DNA from: Acidobacteriota bacterium
GTDB taxonomy: Bacteria > Acidobacteriota > Thermoanaerobaculia > UBA5066
Assembly (NCBI GenBank): GCA_036759345.1
Contig: DAIOUV010000006.1
Span: 28,438-92,437 of the forward strand
Direction: 5' to 3'
DNA length: 64,000 nt
Of the stretch, positions 21,931 through 31,496 are shown one piece after another. Numbering within the stretch: position 1 is the first letter of the stretch; every line of letters begins with the position of its first letter. Below the pieces are notes generated by a model. That model ran no database searches and had not been told where the DNA came from. It saw only the letters and a program-made list of their open reading frames with translations. A program made the translations under genes and the position numbers.

Positions 21931-23874
21931 TTACTTGCTCCGGCCGAGAAGCACCGTCTGTGCACCCGTCGCGGGGTCGAGGCGGACGAGACGCCCGTTG
22001 GCGTCGAGGAAGAGCGTCGAGGCAGCGGAGCCCGCTTCAGCGGGCGGTAGAGGTGCGCTCCACCACGAGAAGCGGTCCGCCGGAACCAGACCCTCGAGGG
22101 AGGAAATGACCATTTCCGCGCTCATGTCGACGACGGCCAGCTTCCATGCCTTTCGTGCCCTTTCGTCATTGCCTCGAAATGGATTGAGGGCCACGGCGAC
22201 GCGCCCGGGTGCGATTTCGCCTCCGAGGACGACGCTTGCAGCGGGGCCAAGCTCGATCGCGCGGGCGGGCGCCTTTTCACCTTCGAAGAAGAGCAGCCTC
22301 GCCGACGCTCCGGCAATTCCGGCGACGACCATGCGGCCCCCCGAAAGGAAGCGCATCTTCGGCGCCTCGAGATCCTTGGAGAGCGTTGCGAGGAGCGCGC
22401 CCGTCCGGCCATCGTGGAGCGTGAGGAGTATGTCCAGCGTGCCGACGAGGTATCGCCCGTCCGCGCTCATGCGCAAATAGGGAAGCTTCTCGCGTTCGAA
22501 GCGGCCGGAAACGGAGGATTTCTTCGAGGGCAGGGAGAACTCCTCGATTTCGAGCCCCGGCGCCGCGATGTCCTTCCGGTTTGCCGAGTTGAAGACGTGG
22601 GGAAAGAGCCGAACCCTGTCTTCGCCGACGAAGGCGAAGGACCTCGAATCGCTCTCGACGCGAATCGCCGCGAGCTGTTTCGGGTTCGAGGGGTCCGAGA
22701 TGTCGTAGGCAGCGAGCGAGTTGTCGTCGAGGATCGCGAGTTCCCTGCCGGAAGGCGAAAGCGCGACGCGGCACCACACGCTGCACGTGAGGCCCGTTTC
22801 GACGGCTTTCGCCGAGGCGAGATTTGCCACGAAGAGGTCCGACTTCCTTTCCCTTTCGAAGAATCCGAATCTCTCCTCCGTCCACGCTGCCCGCGCGCCG
22901 TCCGCGGAGAAGACGGCATCACCCGACCGGATCCGCTGGGAGCGATTGCCCGTGGTGTCGACGAGGAAGAACCCGGCGCCTCGGCCCGCGCGGAGCGGGC
23001 CGCCGAGCGCCACCCAAGGGCCCCGGGGCGCCGTCATCACGCCTCCCCCGACGGTCTCCAGATCCGTCGCCTGTGCGGACGCAACCCACGACGCATATCC
23101 TCCGAGCGCCGCCGTCGCGGTTCCGAGGATCCCCCACAGGACGACGGAGAACGCGCCATGCGCGCGGCGCGAGTCCGTCCGGCCTGCGGCCACCTGCGCG
23201 TAACTGCCCGCGGCGAGGGCGGCAAGGAGGACGAAGGCCGCCAGGCCGACGAGGCGCGGAATCAGGTCGAACGTCGTCGAGAAGAAGAGGGAAGGGATGA
23301 GGCCGTCCCTCACGAGGGAGCGCAAGAAAGCCGCGGAGAGGAGGACGAGGGCCGGCGCGAGGAGGAGGTCGAGCGCGACCCACGGCGAGCGCAACCGGGC
23401 GATCGTGACGACCGCGTGCGCGCCGAGGATGAGGAAGAGCGTGACGAGGAAGAGGCCGAGAACGCCCCACGGAGCGCCTCCTAGCTGAAGGACGTTCTGG
23501 TTTGCCCTGGTCGAGCTGGTGGCGAACGCGGGCACGAGCGCAAGAGCCGCTGGAACGAAGGTGAGGAAGAGGACCGCGAGAAGCTTGCCGCCCCAGATCG
23601 CGCCGGCCGGGAGGGGGCGTGAGAAGAAGAAGGAGATCCGCTTCTCGGACGTTTCGCCCGCGATGACGGAGCCTCCAAAGAGGAGCGCGAATGCGAAAGA
23701 GAAGGCGGCGGCCGCGACGAGGGCCGCGAGGACTCGAAACTCAGCCGCGCCGGGCTTCGACCAGCCGTTCGCAAGGGACACGACGATCGGCATGAATCCC
23801 GCGGCAAGGGCGACGGGGAAGACGAGGCGGCGGGCGAAGATCTCGCGCGCGAAGACGGCGGCGAGGGCTCTCAT
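21931..23874 (-). CDS. ABC-2-type transporter permease fused to a large C-terminal periplasmic beta-propeller-like domain
   Basis: ATG at 23874 (MRALAAVFAREIF…) overlaps the upstream ATPase stop as ATGA. 6 TM helices, then ~400 aa of soluble beta-rich sequence. The ORF-track N-terminal 245 aa are nonsense. Confidence 0.6.
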   Translation of the reverse strand: MRALAAVFAREIFARRLVFPVALAAGFMPIVVSLANGWSKPGAAEFRVLAALVAAAAFSFAFALLFGGSVIAGETSEKRISFFFSRPLPAGAIWGGKLLAVLFLTFVPAALALVPAFATSSTRANQNVLQLGGAPWGVLGLFLVTLFLILGAHAVVTIARLRSPWVALDLLLAPALVLLSAAFLRSLVRDGLIPSLFFSTTFDLIPRLVGLAAFVLLAALAAGSYAQVAAGRTDSRRAHGAFSVVLWGILGTATAALGGYASWVASAQATDLETVGGGVMTAPRGPWVALGGPLRAGRGAGFFLVDTTGNRSQRIRSGDAVFSADGARAAWTEERFGFFERERKSDLFVANLASAKAVETGLTCSVWCRVALSPSGRELAILDDNSLAAYDISDPSNPKQLAAIRVESDSRSFAFVGEDRVRLFPHVFNSANRKDIAAPGLEIEEFSLPSKKSSVSGRFEREKLPYLRMSADGRYLVGTLDILLTLHDGRTGALLATLSKDLEAPKMRFLSGGRMVVAGIAGASARLLFFEGEKAPARAIELGPAASVVLGGEIAPGRVAVALNPFRGNDERARKAWKLAVVDMSAEMVISSLEGLVPADRFSWWSAPLPPAEAGSAASTLFLDANGRLVRLDPATGAQTVLLGRSK

Positions 23875-24836
23875 GCGTTCCTCCCGGGAGACGCTTCGCC
23901 CGCGATGGCGACGAAAATCTCCTCGAGCGACAGGGCCGAGGCCTCGGCGTCCACGACGCCCTCGAGGGCGGCGAATTTCGCGAAGGTCTCGTCGCCGTAG
24001 TTCGAGACGACGGCCTCGACGCCCCAGCCCCGCACCTTCACCTTCACGGCGTCGAAGTCCGAAAGCTCCTGGCCGTACCTCGTGGGATTCTCCGTCGCCT
24101 CGTTCGCGTAGCGCAGGCGTCGGAAGCGCGACTTCAGCGCCTCGAGGTCCTCGTCGAGGATCAGCCGCCCGCCCTTGAGCATCCCGACATGCGTCGCCAT
24201 GCTCTCGACGCCGGTGAGGTCGTGCGACGTGAGGAGCACGGTCGTCCCGCGGTCGGCCAGCTCGCCGACGAGCTCCTCGAAGAACGCGCGCCGCGCGACC
24301 ACGTCGAGGCCAAGCGTCGGGTCGTCGAGGACGAGGAGCTCGGGGGAGGACGCGAGCGCGAGCGCGAGGGCGACGAGCGCCCGCTGGCCCTTCGAGAGGT
24401 TGCCGTAGGGCGTCCCGGCCGGCACGCCGAAGCGCGCGAGGCGGGCCTCGACGGCCGGCGCGTCCCATGTGGGATAGATCCTTGCGCAGAATGCCGAGAG
24501 CTGGCGGGCGGTCATGGACGGGGGCGCGTCCGGATCCTCGGGGACGACCCCGACCTTCGCCATCAGGCGCGCACGGCGCTTCCACACGTCCTCGCCGAAG
24601 AGGAAGCACCGGCCGGCCGTGGGCTTCTGCTGGCCGAGGAGGCAGCGCACGAGCGAGGACTTGCCGGCGCCGTTGCGGCCCAGGAGCGCATACACCGAGC
24701 CTTTTGGAACAGAGAAGGAGATTTCTTCGAGTGTGGGTTTCGCGTCACGGCCGTAGCGAACGACGAGACTCCCGACCGACACCACCGCCGTGGACGCGCC
24801 GGCCGCGGTTTTGGCGGGCGAGGGATTCGCGCTCAT
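23871..24836 (-). CDS. ABC transporter ATP-binding protein
   Basis: Walker A GRNGAGKSS, ABC signature LSKGQRA, Walker B LLVLDDPT. Confidence 0.85.
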   Translation of the reverse strand: MSANPSPAKTAAGASTAVVSVGSLVVRYGRDAKPTLEEISFSVPKGSVYALLGRNGAGKSSLVRCLLGQQKPTAGRCFLFGEDVWKRRARLMAKVGVVPEDPDAPPSMTARQLSAFCARIYPTWDAPAVEARLARFGVPAGTPYGNLSKGQRALVALALALASSPELLVLDDPTLGLDVVARRAFFEELVGELADRGTTVLLTSHDLTGVESMATHVGMLKGGRLILDEDLEALKSRFRRLRYANEATENPTRYGQELSDFDAVKVKVRGWGVEAVVSNYGDETFAKFAALEGVVDAEASALSLEEIFVAIAGEASPGRNA

Positions 24837-24860
24837 CGCGTGCCTCCGCTCTTCTTCCCT

Positions 24861-25268
24861 CTAGGAATCTTCATCTTTCTTCTTCTTTCCAAGATCCTTC
24901 AAGGCGCCCCTCACTTGCTCCACCGCCTCCTCGTTCGCCGCGCCGAGAGTCACGGCGAGCGATGCGTAGCGCATCGCGCCGCCTTCGAGCTCCTTCTCGC
25001 GCTCGCCGCGCGGGAGGGACGGCGGCTTCTGGGCCACGAACGTCCCCTCGCCGCGCCTCACGACGAGGATTCCAGCGTCGACGAGGCGCTGGTAGCCCTT
25101 CGTGACCGTCGCGGGATTGATCGAGAGGTCGCGCGCGAGGTCGCGCACGGAGGGCATCACAGAGGCGGGCTTCAGCGCGCCCGAGGCCACGAGCCGTCGC
25201 ACGTTCTCCTCGATCTGCTTCCAGAGAGGGACGGCGTCGGAGGGGTCGACGGAGAGGCCGCGGCTCAT
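24861..25268 (-). CDS. GntR-family transcriptional regulator, short YtrA-like subtype
   Basis: 135 aa. wHTH LPSVRDLARDLSINPATVTKGYQRL with a minimal C-terminal tail. ATGA overlap with the upstream permease stop. Confidence 0.8.
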   Translation of the reverse strand: MSRGLSVDPSDAVPLWKQIEENVRRLVASGALKPASVMPSVRDLARDLSINPATVTKGYQRLVDAGILVVRRGEGTFVAQKPPSLPRGEREKELEGGAMRYASLAVTLGAANEEAVEQVRGALKDLGKKKKDEDS

Positions 25269-25978
25269 ACGCGCACCTCCGCGTACGTAACCTCCCGCCG
25301 CTCGAGCACCCAGACCGCGAGAGCGAGCGCAACTGCGGTGATGCCGACGGCGGCGAGGAGCTCGGGAAGGCTTACCGACGGAGAGGTGCCCGAGGCCATG
25401 CCCCACCCGGGAGCGAGCAGGAACTGAAGGCTCTCGCCCAGACGGGTCCAGAAATCGTCGCGATTGACGAAGCCGATGGTGCGAAAGGTCTGTGCCGCGA
25501 CCGAGGCGAGACCCCACACGGCGAGGTCCGAGAGTCCGCTCCCGAGCGCGGAAAGGAGCAGCAGCACCGCGCACGTTCCGGCTGCTGCGAGGACTCGTTC
25601 GACGAGTTGGGGTCCAAGGGCTTCCGGGTCGAAGGAGCCGTGACGAAGCCGGAGAATCAGGAGAACGGCGACGAGTTGAAAGATGGAGAGGATCACGGCG
25701 GTCGCCGTCACGGCCAACCATTTGCTCAGGGCATAGGCCCGGCGCGAGATCGGTCGCGTGAACACGAGAGCGAGAACTCCGCTCGAGAACTCGAGCCCGA
25801 GAATCCCGCTCGCGAGCGTCACGGCGAGCAGCGGGTGGAAGAAAGAGGCGCTCGAATTCGGCCGTGGATCCACGAGGGCGATGGGGATCGGGAAGAGTGC
25901 GAAGCCGAGCAGGGTCGCGAGGCGGATCGGGTTCGAGAAGCGCTCACGCAGGGTCGCGGTGCAGACGTCGAAGTTCAT
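25265..25978 (-). CDS. ABC-2-type transporter permease
   Basis: 237-aa polytopic membrane protein starting MNFDVCT…. ATGA overlap with the upstream ATPase stop. Confidence 0.65.
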   Translation of the reverse strand: MNFDVCTATLRERFSNPIRLATLLGFALFPIPIALVDPRPNSSASFFHPLLAVTLASGILGLEFSSGVLALVFTRPISRRAYALSKWLAVTATAVILSIFQLVAVLLILRLRHGSFDPEALGPQLVERVLAAAGTCAVLLLLSALGSGLSDLAVWGLASVAAQTFRTIGFVNRDDFWTRLGESLQFLLAPGWGMASGTSPSVSLPELLAAVGITAVALALAVWVLERREVTYAEVRV

Positions 25979-26940
25979 GCCGCCCCCTCCACGGTGGATG
26001 CGTCGTTCACGCGGAACAGGGACTCGAGCCGGGCCTCGACGGGAGCGGCCTCGACGAGCTGGACGCCACCCGCGACGAGCGCGGAGACGAGCCGGGCCGC
26101 CGCGTCGTCGGATGCAACCCTGACGCGCGCCGTCGTCGCGCTCTCTTCGAGGATTTCGGCACCGCAGGAGGCCGCCGCTTCGGCGAGTTGGCGCGTGAGG
26201 GGCGCCTCGCCGTCCGCAAGCCACCTCAGGGCGAGCGTTCGGGGAGAGTCCGCGCCCGACACCGGAACGTCCTCGAGGCAACCTTCGCGCAGGAAGAGGA
26301 CGCGATCCGATACGCGCTCGACCTGGTCGAGTTGGTGCGAGTTGAAAAGAACCGTGACCCCGTCTGCTTTCAGGTCGGCGAGCAGGCGGCGAACGAGGAG
26401 CACGCCATTCGGATCGACCCCGGACGTGGGCTCGTCGAGGAATAGAAGTCGCGGCTTCCCGACGAGCGCCTGCGAGAGCGCGAGGCGCTGGAGCATTCCC
26501 CGGGAGTAGGTCGCGACGCGCCGACGACGCGCCGAGGGCTCGAGCTCCACGCGATCGAACGTCTCGGCGACATCGGACCGCCGCGTCGCGGGGGGGCGGC
26601 CGGCGAGGGCGTGGTGGTAGGCCACGAAGGCCTGGCCGGTCATCCAGCGGTCGAAGGAAAGGCGCTCGGGGACGTATCCGATGAGACGATTCACACCGGG
26701 CGTTCCGGGCGCGCCGCCGAGGATCCGGATCCGGCCCGCGTCCGGGAAAAGGAGCCCGAGCAGGCAGCCGAGAAGCGTGGTTTTCCCGGCTCCGTTCGGG
26801 CCTACGAGGCCGAGGACGATGCCGGGCTCCACCTCGAAGGACACGTCCCGTAGAGCCGGAACGGGTTTGTCTCTATAGCGCTTCGTGAGCCCGGAAACGA
26901 CGATTGCGGGAGCGCTTACCGAATCGGTGTATCGCAACAC
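25975..26940 (-). CDS. ABC transporter ATP-binding protein
   Basis: GPNGAGKTT, YSRGMLQRL, LLFLDEPTSG motifs. Confidence 0.85.
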   Translation of the reverse strand: MLRYTDSVSAPAIVVSGLTKRYRDKPVPALRDVSFEVEPGIVLGLVGPNGAGKTTLLGCLLGLLFPDAGRIRILGGAPGTPGVNRLIGYVPERLSFDRWMTGQAFVAYHHALAGRPPATRRSDVAETFDRVELEPSARRRRVATYSRGMLQRLALSQALVGKPRLLFLDEPTSGVDPNGVLLVRRLLADLKADGVTVLFNSHQLDQVERVSDRVLFLREGCLEDVPVSGADSPRTLALRWLADGEAPLTRQLAEAAASCGAEILEESATTARVRVASDDAAARLVSALVAGGVQLVEAAPVEARLESLFRVNDASTVEGAA

Positions 26941-26999
26941 TAATACAGTACGGACGCCGGCACCCGTTTGTCAAGGCGCCGGAGAGAAACTCCGAACGC

Positions 27000-28250
27000 C
27001 TAGCCCGGAGCCCGCCCGCCCGCGAGCCGCGACGCGAGGTCGTCCGGGTGCGATGCGCGCAGGCGGGCCTCGGCCTCGGAGATCGTCCCCGCCTGGACCA
27101 GCGAAGCCAGCGAGTCCTCCATCGTCACCATCCCGAACCGCTTTCCCAGCGTCAGCTCCGTGTGGATCTGGTGGAAGGAGCCCCGGCGGATATGGGCCCG
27201 GATGGAATCGGTCGCGACGAGGACCTCCACCGCCACCACGCGCCCCGATCCATCCTTCTTCGGGACGAGCTGCTGGCAGACGATGGCCGACAGGGCAAGC
27301 GAGAGCTGGTGTTTCACCTGCACCTGCTGCTCGGCCGGGAAGATGTCGAGAATCCGGTTCATCGTCTGCGGCACGTCGTTCGTGTGGAGCGTCGTGAGGA
27401 CGAGGTGGCCGGTCTCGGCGGCCGTCACCGCGGCGCGCGTCGTCTCGAGGTCGCGCATCTCGCCCACGAGGATCACGTCCGGGTCCTGGCGGAGCGCCGC
27501 GACGAGGGCCGCCGCGAAGCCGGGCACGTCGACTCCCACCTCGACCTGCTCGACGAGCGACCGCGCGTGGGTGTGCTCGTATTCGACCGGGTCCTCGATC
27601 GTCACGATATGCCGCTTCTCCGTGCGATTCATGCGATCCACCAGCGCTGCCAGCGTCGTCGTCTTGCCGGAGCCGGTCGCGCCCGTGACGAGGATGAGGC
27701 CGCGGGCGGCTTTCGTCAGGTCGTAGAGCATCTCGGGGAGACCCAGCTCGGAGAGCGAAGGAACGCGCTCCGGCAGGACGCGCAGGGCCGCCGCCACGCC
27801 CCGCCGCGTGCGGTGGAGGTTCACGCGGAAGCGGCCCAGGCCCGCGAGCCTGAGCGAGAGGTCCACGACGCCCGTCTCGTGATAGCGGCGTCGCCGGTCG
27901 CCCGAGAGCAACGGCGACAAGAGGTCGAACGCCGTCTGTGCCGAGACTGCGTCGCCTCCACCCGCCTTCTCGAGCGAACCGTTCACCCGCACGACCGGCG
28001 AGGCGCCGGGCACGAGGAGGAGATCCGTCGCGCCGCGGCGCACCGTCTCGGAGAGAAGAGCGACGAGGCGGGGAGGCATCTCGTCTTCGCCGGCCGGCGG
28101 CAGTTTTGGGGTCAATTCGAGGTCGGGAGACGGCTCCTCCGGACGCACGAGCTCCAGCTCGGGCGCGGCAGTCTCACGCCGGTCGGACGCGGCGCCCTGG
28201 GCGCCCTGGTTGAGCGAGCGGATCAGCTGGTTCAGCTCGTCGGTTTCCAC
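27000..28250 (-). CDS. pilT: PilT/PilU-family type IV pilus retraction ATPase (twitching motility) with N-terminal extension
   Basis: GATGSGKTTT Walker A, VGEMRD, LVLTTLHTN motifs. ~60-aa acidic N-terminal extension. No pilB/pilC/pilM-Q genes in the window. Confidence 0.8.
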   Translation of the reverse strand: METDELNQLIRSLNQGAQGAASDRRETAAPELELVRPEEPSPDLELTPKLPPAGEDEMPPRLVALLSETVRRGATDLLLVPGASPVVRVNGSLEKAGGGDAVSAQTAFDLLSPLLSGDRRRRYHETGVVDLSLRLAGLGRFRVNLHRTRRGVAAALRVLPERVPSLSELGLPEMLYDLTKAARGLILVTGATGSGKTTTLAALVDRMNRTEKRHIVTIEDPVEYEHTHARSLVEQVEVGVDVPGFAAALVAALRQDPDVILVGEMRDLETTRAAVTAAETGHLVLTTLHTNDVPQTMNRILDIFPAEQQVQVKHQLSLALSAIVCQQLVPKKDGSGRVVAVEVLVATDSIRAHIRRGSFHQIHTELTLGKRFGMVTMEDSLASLVQAGTISEAEARLRASHPDDLASRLAGGRAPG

Positions 28251-28287
28251 GGAGGGATTTTACGGAACTCGCGTGGCGGCCGTCTCG

Positions 28288-29127
28288 TCAGGATCCGGTC
28301 TTCCGCCTCAGCGCGTCGAAGGCGAGGAGATCCGAAAGGAACTTCGGCAGCATCGCGAGCGGGAGCTGCGTGGCCCTGTCGGACTTCGCGTGCGCGGGGT
28401 CGTCGTGGACTTCGAAGAAGTAACCGTCGACGCCGACCGACGCCGCCGCCCGCGCGAGCGCCGGCGCGTATTCGCGCGAGCCGCCCGTCTCGGTCCCGAG
28501 GCCCCCCGGGAGCTGGAGGGAGTGCGTTGCGTCGTAGATCACCGGGACGCCGAGAGACCGCATCATGGGCAGGCCGCGGAAGTCCACGACGAGGTTGTGG
28601 TACCCGAAGCTCGTCCCGCGCTCGCAGAGCATGACGTTCGAGTTTCCCGCCGCGTGGCACTTGTCGATGATCTGTTTGCAGTCGTCGGGCGCAAGAAACT
28701 GGCCCTTCTTGACGTTCACGGCCTTCTTCGTCGCCGCGGCGGCGAGGATGAGGTCGGTCTGACGGCAGAGGAACGCGGGGATTTGTAGGACGTCGGCCAC
28801 CTCGGCCACGATGGCGCAGTGCTCGGGCTCGTGGACGTCGGTCAGGATCGGGAGGTCGGTCTTCTCCTTCACTTCCGACAGGATCGAGAGCCCCTTCTCG
28901 AGGCCCGGCCCGCGAAAGGAGGCCCCGGCGCTCCGGTTCGCCTTGTCGAACGAGGACTTGTAGACGAGCCGGTCGGCGACTCCGGCGTCCGTGAAGATCT
29001 TTTTCAGCACTTTCGCCATTTTCAGGGCGTGCGCCCGCGACTCGATGACGCACGGGCCCGCAAAAAAGACGGGACGGCAGCGGTCCCCGACGGAAAGGTG
29101 CGGCGTGATGGAGGCGAAGACCTTCAC
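28288..29127 (-). CDS. kdsA: 2-dehydro-3-deoxyphosphooctonate aldolase (KDO-8-phosphate synthase)
   Basis: GTG start (VKVFAS…) aligns with the E. coli KdsA N-terminus. KSSFDKANRS, LTDVHEP, GLGTETGGSRE motifs. 279 aa. Confidence 0.9.
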   Translation of the reverse strand: MKVFASITPHLSVGDRCRPVFFAGPCVIESRAHALKMAKVLKKIFTDAGVADRLVYKSSFDKANRSAGASFRGPGLEKGLSILSEVKEKTDLPILTDVHEPEHCAIVAEVADVLQIPAFLCRQTDLILAAAATKKAVNVKKGQFLAPDDCKQIIDKCHAAGNSNVMLCERGTSFGYHNLVVDFRGLPMMRSLGVPVIYDATHSLQLPGGLGTETGGSREYAPALARAAASVGVDGYFFEVHDDPAHAKSDRATQLPLAMLPKFLSDLLAFDALRRKTGS

Positions 29128-29172
29128 GCCGCCGATGTTACAGAATGAGGGAGAAGGGGAGGTCCGAAACGA

Positions 29173-29709
29173 ATGGCAATCCGCATCCTCGTGACCGGCG
29201 GCACGTTCGACAAGGAATACGACGAGCTGACGGGCCGCCTCTACTTCAAGGACACGCACATTCAGGACATGCTGCGGCTCGGCCGCTGCCGGGCGCGGGT
29301 GGCCGTCGAGACGGTGATGATGATCGACAGCCTCGAGATGACCCCCCGGGACCGCGAGACGATCGCGAGCCGGTGCCGGGAGGCCTCCGAAAAACGGATC
29401 GTCGTCACACACGGCACCGACACGATGGTGGAGACGGCCGCGATCCTCGCCGCGGCCGCGACGGAGAAGTCGATCGTCCTGACGGGCGCCATGGTGCCGT
29501 GGGCGTTCGGCAGCTCCGACGGTCTCTTCAACCTCGGGAGCGCGCTGTCGTTCGTCCAGGTGCTTCCGCCCGGCGTCTACATCGCCATGAACGGCCGCTG
29601 CTTCTCGTGGGACGAAGTCCGGAAGGACCGGGCGCATGGCATTTTCGAGAAGATCGAGCGGAAGGGCATTCCGCCAAAGGGGGCGTTCGGCCCCAGAATG
29701 GGGCCATGA
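29173..29709 (+). CDS. asparaginase N-terminal-domain-like protein (short)
   Basis: MAIRILVTGGTFD…VVTHGTDTM resembles the asparaginase/glutaminase N-domain (ILxTGGTIA, HGTDTM) but the protein is only 178 aa. ATGA overlap with the downstream helicase. Confidence 0.55.
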   Translation: MAIRILVTGGTFDKEYDELTGRLYFKDTHIQDMLRLGRCRARVAVETVMMIDSLEMTPRDRETIASRCREASEKRIVVTHGTDTMVETAAILAAAATEKSIVLTGAMVPWAFGSSDGLFNLGSALSFVQVLPPGVYIAMNGRCFSWDEVRKDRAHGIFEKIERKGIPPKGAFGPRMGP

Positions 29710-31373
29710 GCAAGCCCGTCGCTTCTCCATTCACGAGCCTCGGCCTCGACGCGCGGCTCGTGAGCGCGCTCGTGGCGCTCGGCTACGAAGAGCCCACCCC
29801 CATCCAGAGCGCGGCGATCCCGCCGCTCATCGAAGGCCGCGACGTTTTCGGGCAGGCGGCGACGGGGACGGGGAAGACCGCCGCGTTCGCGCTTCCGATT
29901 CTCAACGCAATGGCGGCGGCTTCCGCGAGGGGAGTCGCCCCTTCGGCCCTCATCCTCGTGCCGACCCGGGAGCTCGCGATGCAGCTTGCGGAGGCCGTGC
30001 ACAAGTACGGCCGGGAGATGAACGTCCGGGTGCTTCCGGTTTACGGGGGAGCCTCCATGGAGACGCAGCTCCGGGCGCTCAAGCGCGGAGTCGACGTCGT
30101 CGTCGCGACCCCGGGGCGCGCGCTCGATCACGTCAACCGGAAGTCGCTCGCCCTCGGAAGCCTCCGCACGCTCGTCCTCGACGAGGCCGACGAGATGCTC
30201 GACATGGGCTTCGCGGAAGATCTCGACGCGATTCTCGCGGCGACTCCGAAGACGCGCCAGACGGCGCTCTTCTCGGCGACGCTTCCACCGCGCATCGCCA
30301 CGCTCGCGGCCCGCCACCTTCGCGAGCCGATCCGGATCGCCATCGAGAAGGAAAAGACCGCTCCGGGGAAGATGCCGAAGGTCCGGCAGACGGCGTACGT
30401 CGTCGCGCGCGGCCACAAGCGCGCGGCGCTCGGCCGCATCCTCGACCTCGAGAGCCCGGCCGGGGCCCTCGTGTTCTGCCGCACGCGCATCGAGGTCGAC
30501 GACCTGGCCGAGAGCCTCAAGGGGCGCGGGATGCGGGTCGAGGCGATGCACGGGGGGATGTCGCAGGAGCAACGCGACCGCGTGATGAAGAAGTTTCGCG
30601 CCGGGACGCTCGAGCTGCTCATCGCGACGGACGTGGCCGCGCGGGGTCTCGACATCGGGCATCTCTCGCACGTCGTGAACTACGACGTGCCCTCCTCGCC
30701 GGAGCTCTACGTCCACCGCATCGGCCGGACCGGGCGCGCCGGGCGCGAGGGCGTCGCCATCACGCTCTCCGAGCCCCGCGAGCACTGGCAGCTCCGAAAC
30801 ATCGAGCGCCTGACGAAGCAGAAGATCGAGATCGCGAGCGTCCCGACCGTGGCCGACCTGCGCGCGAAGCGCCTGGAGCTGACGCGGGCGTCGCTCCGCG
30901 AGTCGATTCTCGCGGGCGGTCTCGACGACTATCGTGTCGTCGTCGAGTCGCTCGCGGAAGAGTTCGATCCGATGGACGTGGCCGCGGCGGCCGTGAAACT
31001 GGCCGATCCGTCGGCAGAGGGCTCGGGTTCGGTCGGGGAGGAGCATGAGATTCCGGCGATCGCCGCGGCCCCGCCGCCCCGCGCGAAATCCGGTCCGAAG
31101 TACCAGTCGGGCGGGCGCGAGGCCGGCAGCTCCGCGCGGATCTTCATCGGCGCCGGGCGCGCGGCGGGCGTCCGCCCGGGAGACCTCGTGGGCGCCATCT
31201 GCAACGAGGCCAAGGTCAGCCCGAAGGACGTCGGCTCGATCCAGATCGCCGAGCGCTTTTCGCTCGTGGAGATCTCCGAGGCCCTCGCCGAGCCGGTCAT
31301 GAAGGCGCTGCGGGGCACGATGATCCGCGGGCAGAAGGTGGTCGTGAAGCGCGACCGCGTCGGCGGGAGCTGA
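29706..31373 (+). CDS. DEAD-box ATP-dependent RNA helicase (DeaD/CsdA/DbpA-like with C-terminal RNA-binding domain)
   Basis: Q-motif, AATGTGKT, PTRELA, DEAD, SAT and HRIGRTGRAG motifs. C-terminal DbpA-like domain. Confidence 0.9.
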   Translation: MSKPVASPFTSLGLDARLVSALVALGYEEPTPIQSAAIPPLIEGRDVFGQAATGTGKTAAFALPILNAMAAASARGVAPSALILVPTRELAMQLAEAVHKYGREMNVRVLPVYGGASMETQLRALKRGVDVVVATPGRALDHVNRKSLALGSLRTLVLDEADEMLDMGFAEDLDAILAATPKTRQTALFSATLPPRIATLAARHLREPIRIAIEKEKTAPGKMPKVRQTAYVVARGHKRAALGRILDLESPAGALVFCRTRIEVDDLAESLKGRGMRVEAMHGGMSQEQRDRVMKKFRAGTLELLIATDVAARGLDIGHLSHVVNYDVPSSPELYVHRIGRTGRAGREGVAITLSEPREHWQLRNIERLTKQKIEIASVPTVADLRAKRLELTRASLRESILAGGLDDYRVVVESLAEEFDPMDVAAAAVKLADPSAEGSGSVGEEHEIPAIAAAPPPRAKSGPKYQSGGREAGSSARIFIGAGRAAGVRPGDLVGAICNEAKVSPKDVGSIQIAERFSLVEISEALAEPVMKALRGTMIRGQKVVVKRDRVGGS

Positions 31374-31421
31374 GCCCATGGCCGCACCATGTCTTTCCAA
31401 AGGGTGCAGTTAGCCGGATCT

Positions 31422-31450
31422 TTGACGAGTCTGATTCATTTGCGGTATAC
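31422..31450 (+). promoter_or_regulatory. candidate sigma-70-type promoter upstream of the oxidoreductase operon
   Basis: TTGACG-N17-TATACC in a lower-GC 123-nt intergenic region. GGAGG SD 9 nt before the ATG at 31497. Confidence 0.3.
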
Positions 31451-31496
31451 CGCCGGACCTTCCGTGCGGGTACCTTGACTGTGGAGGTTTCCCGGC

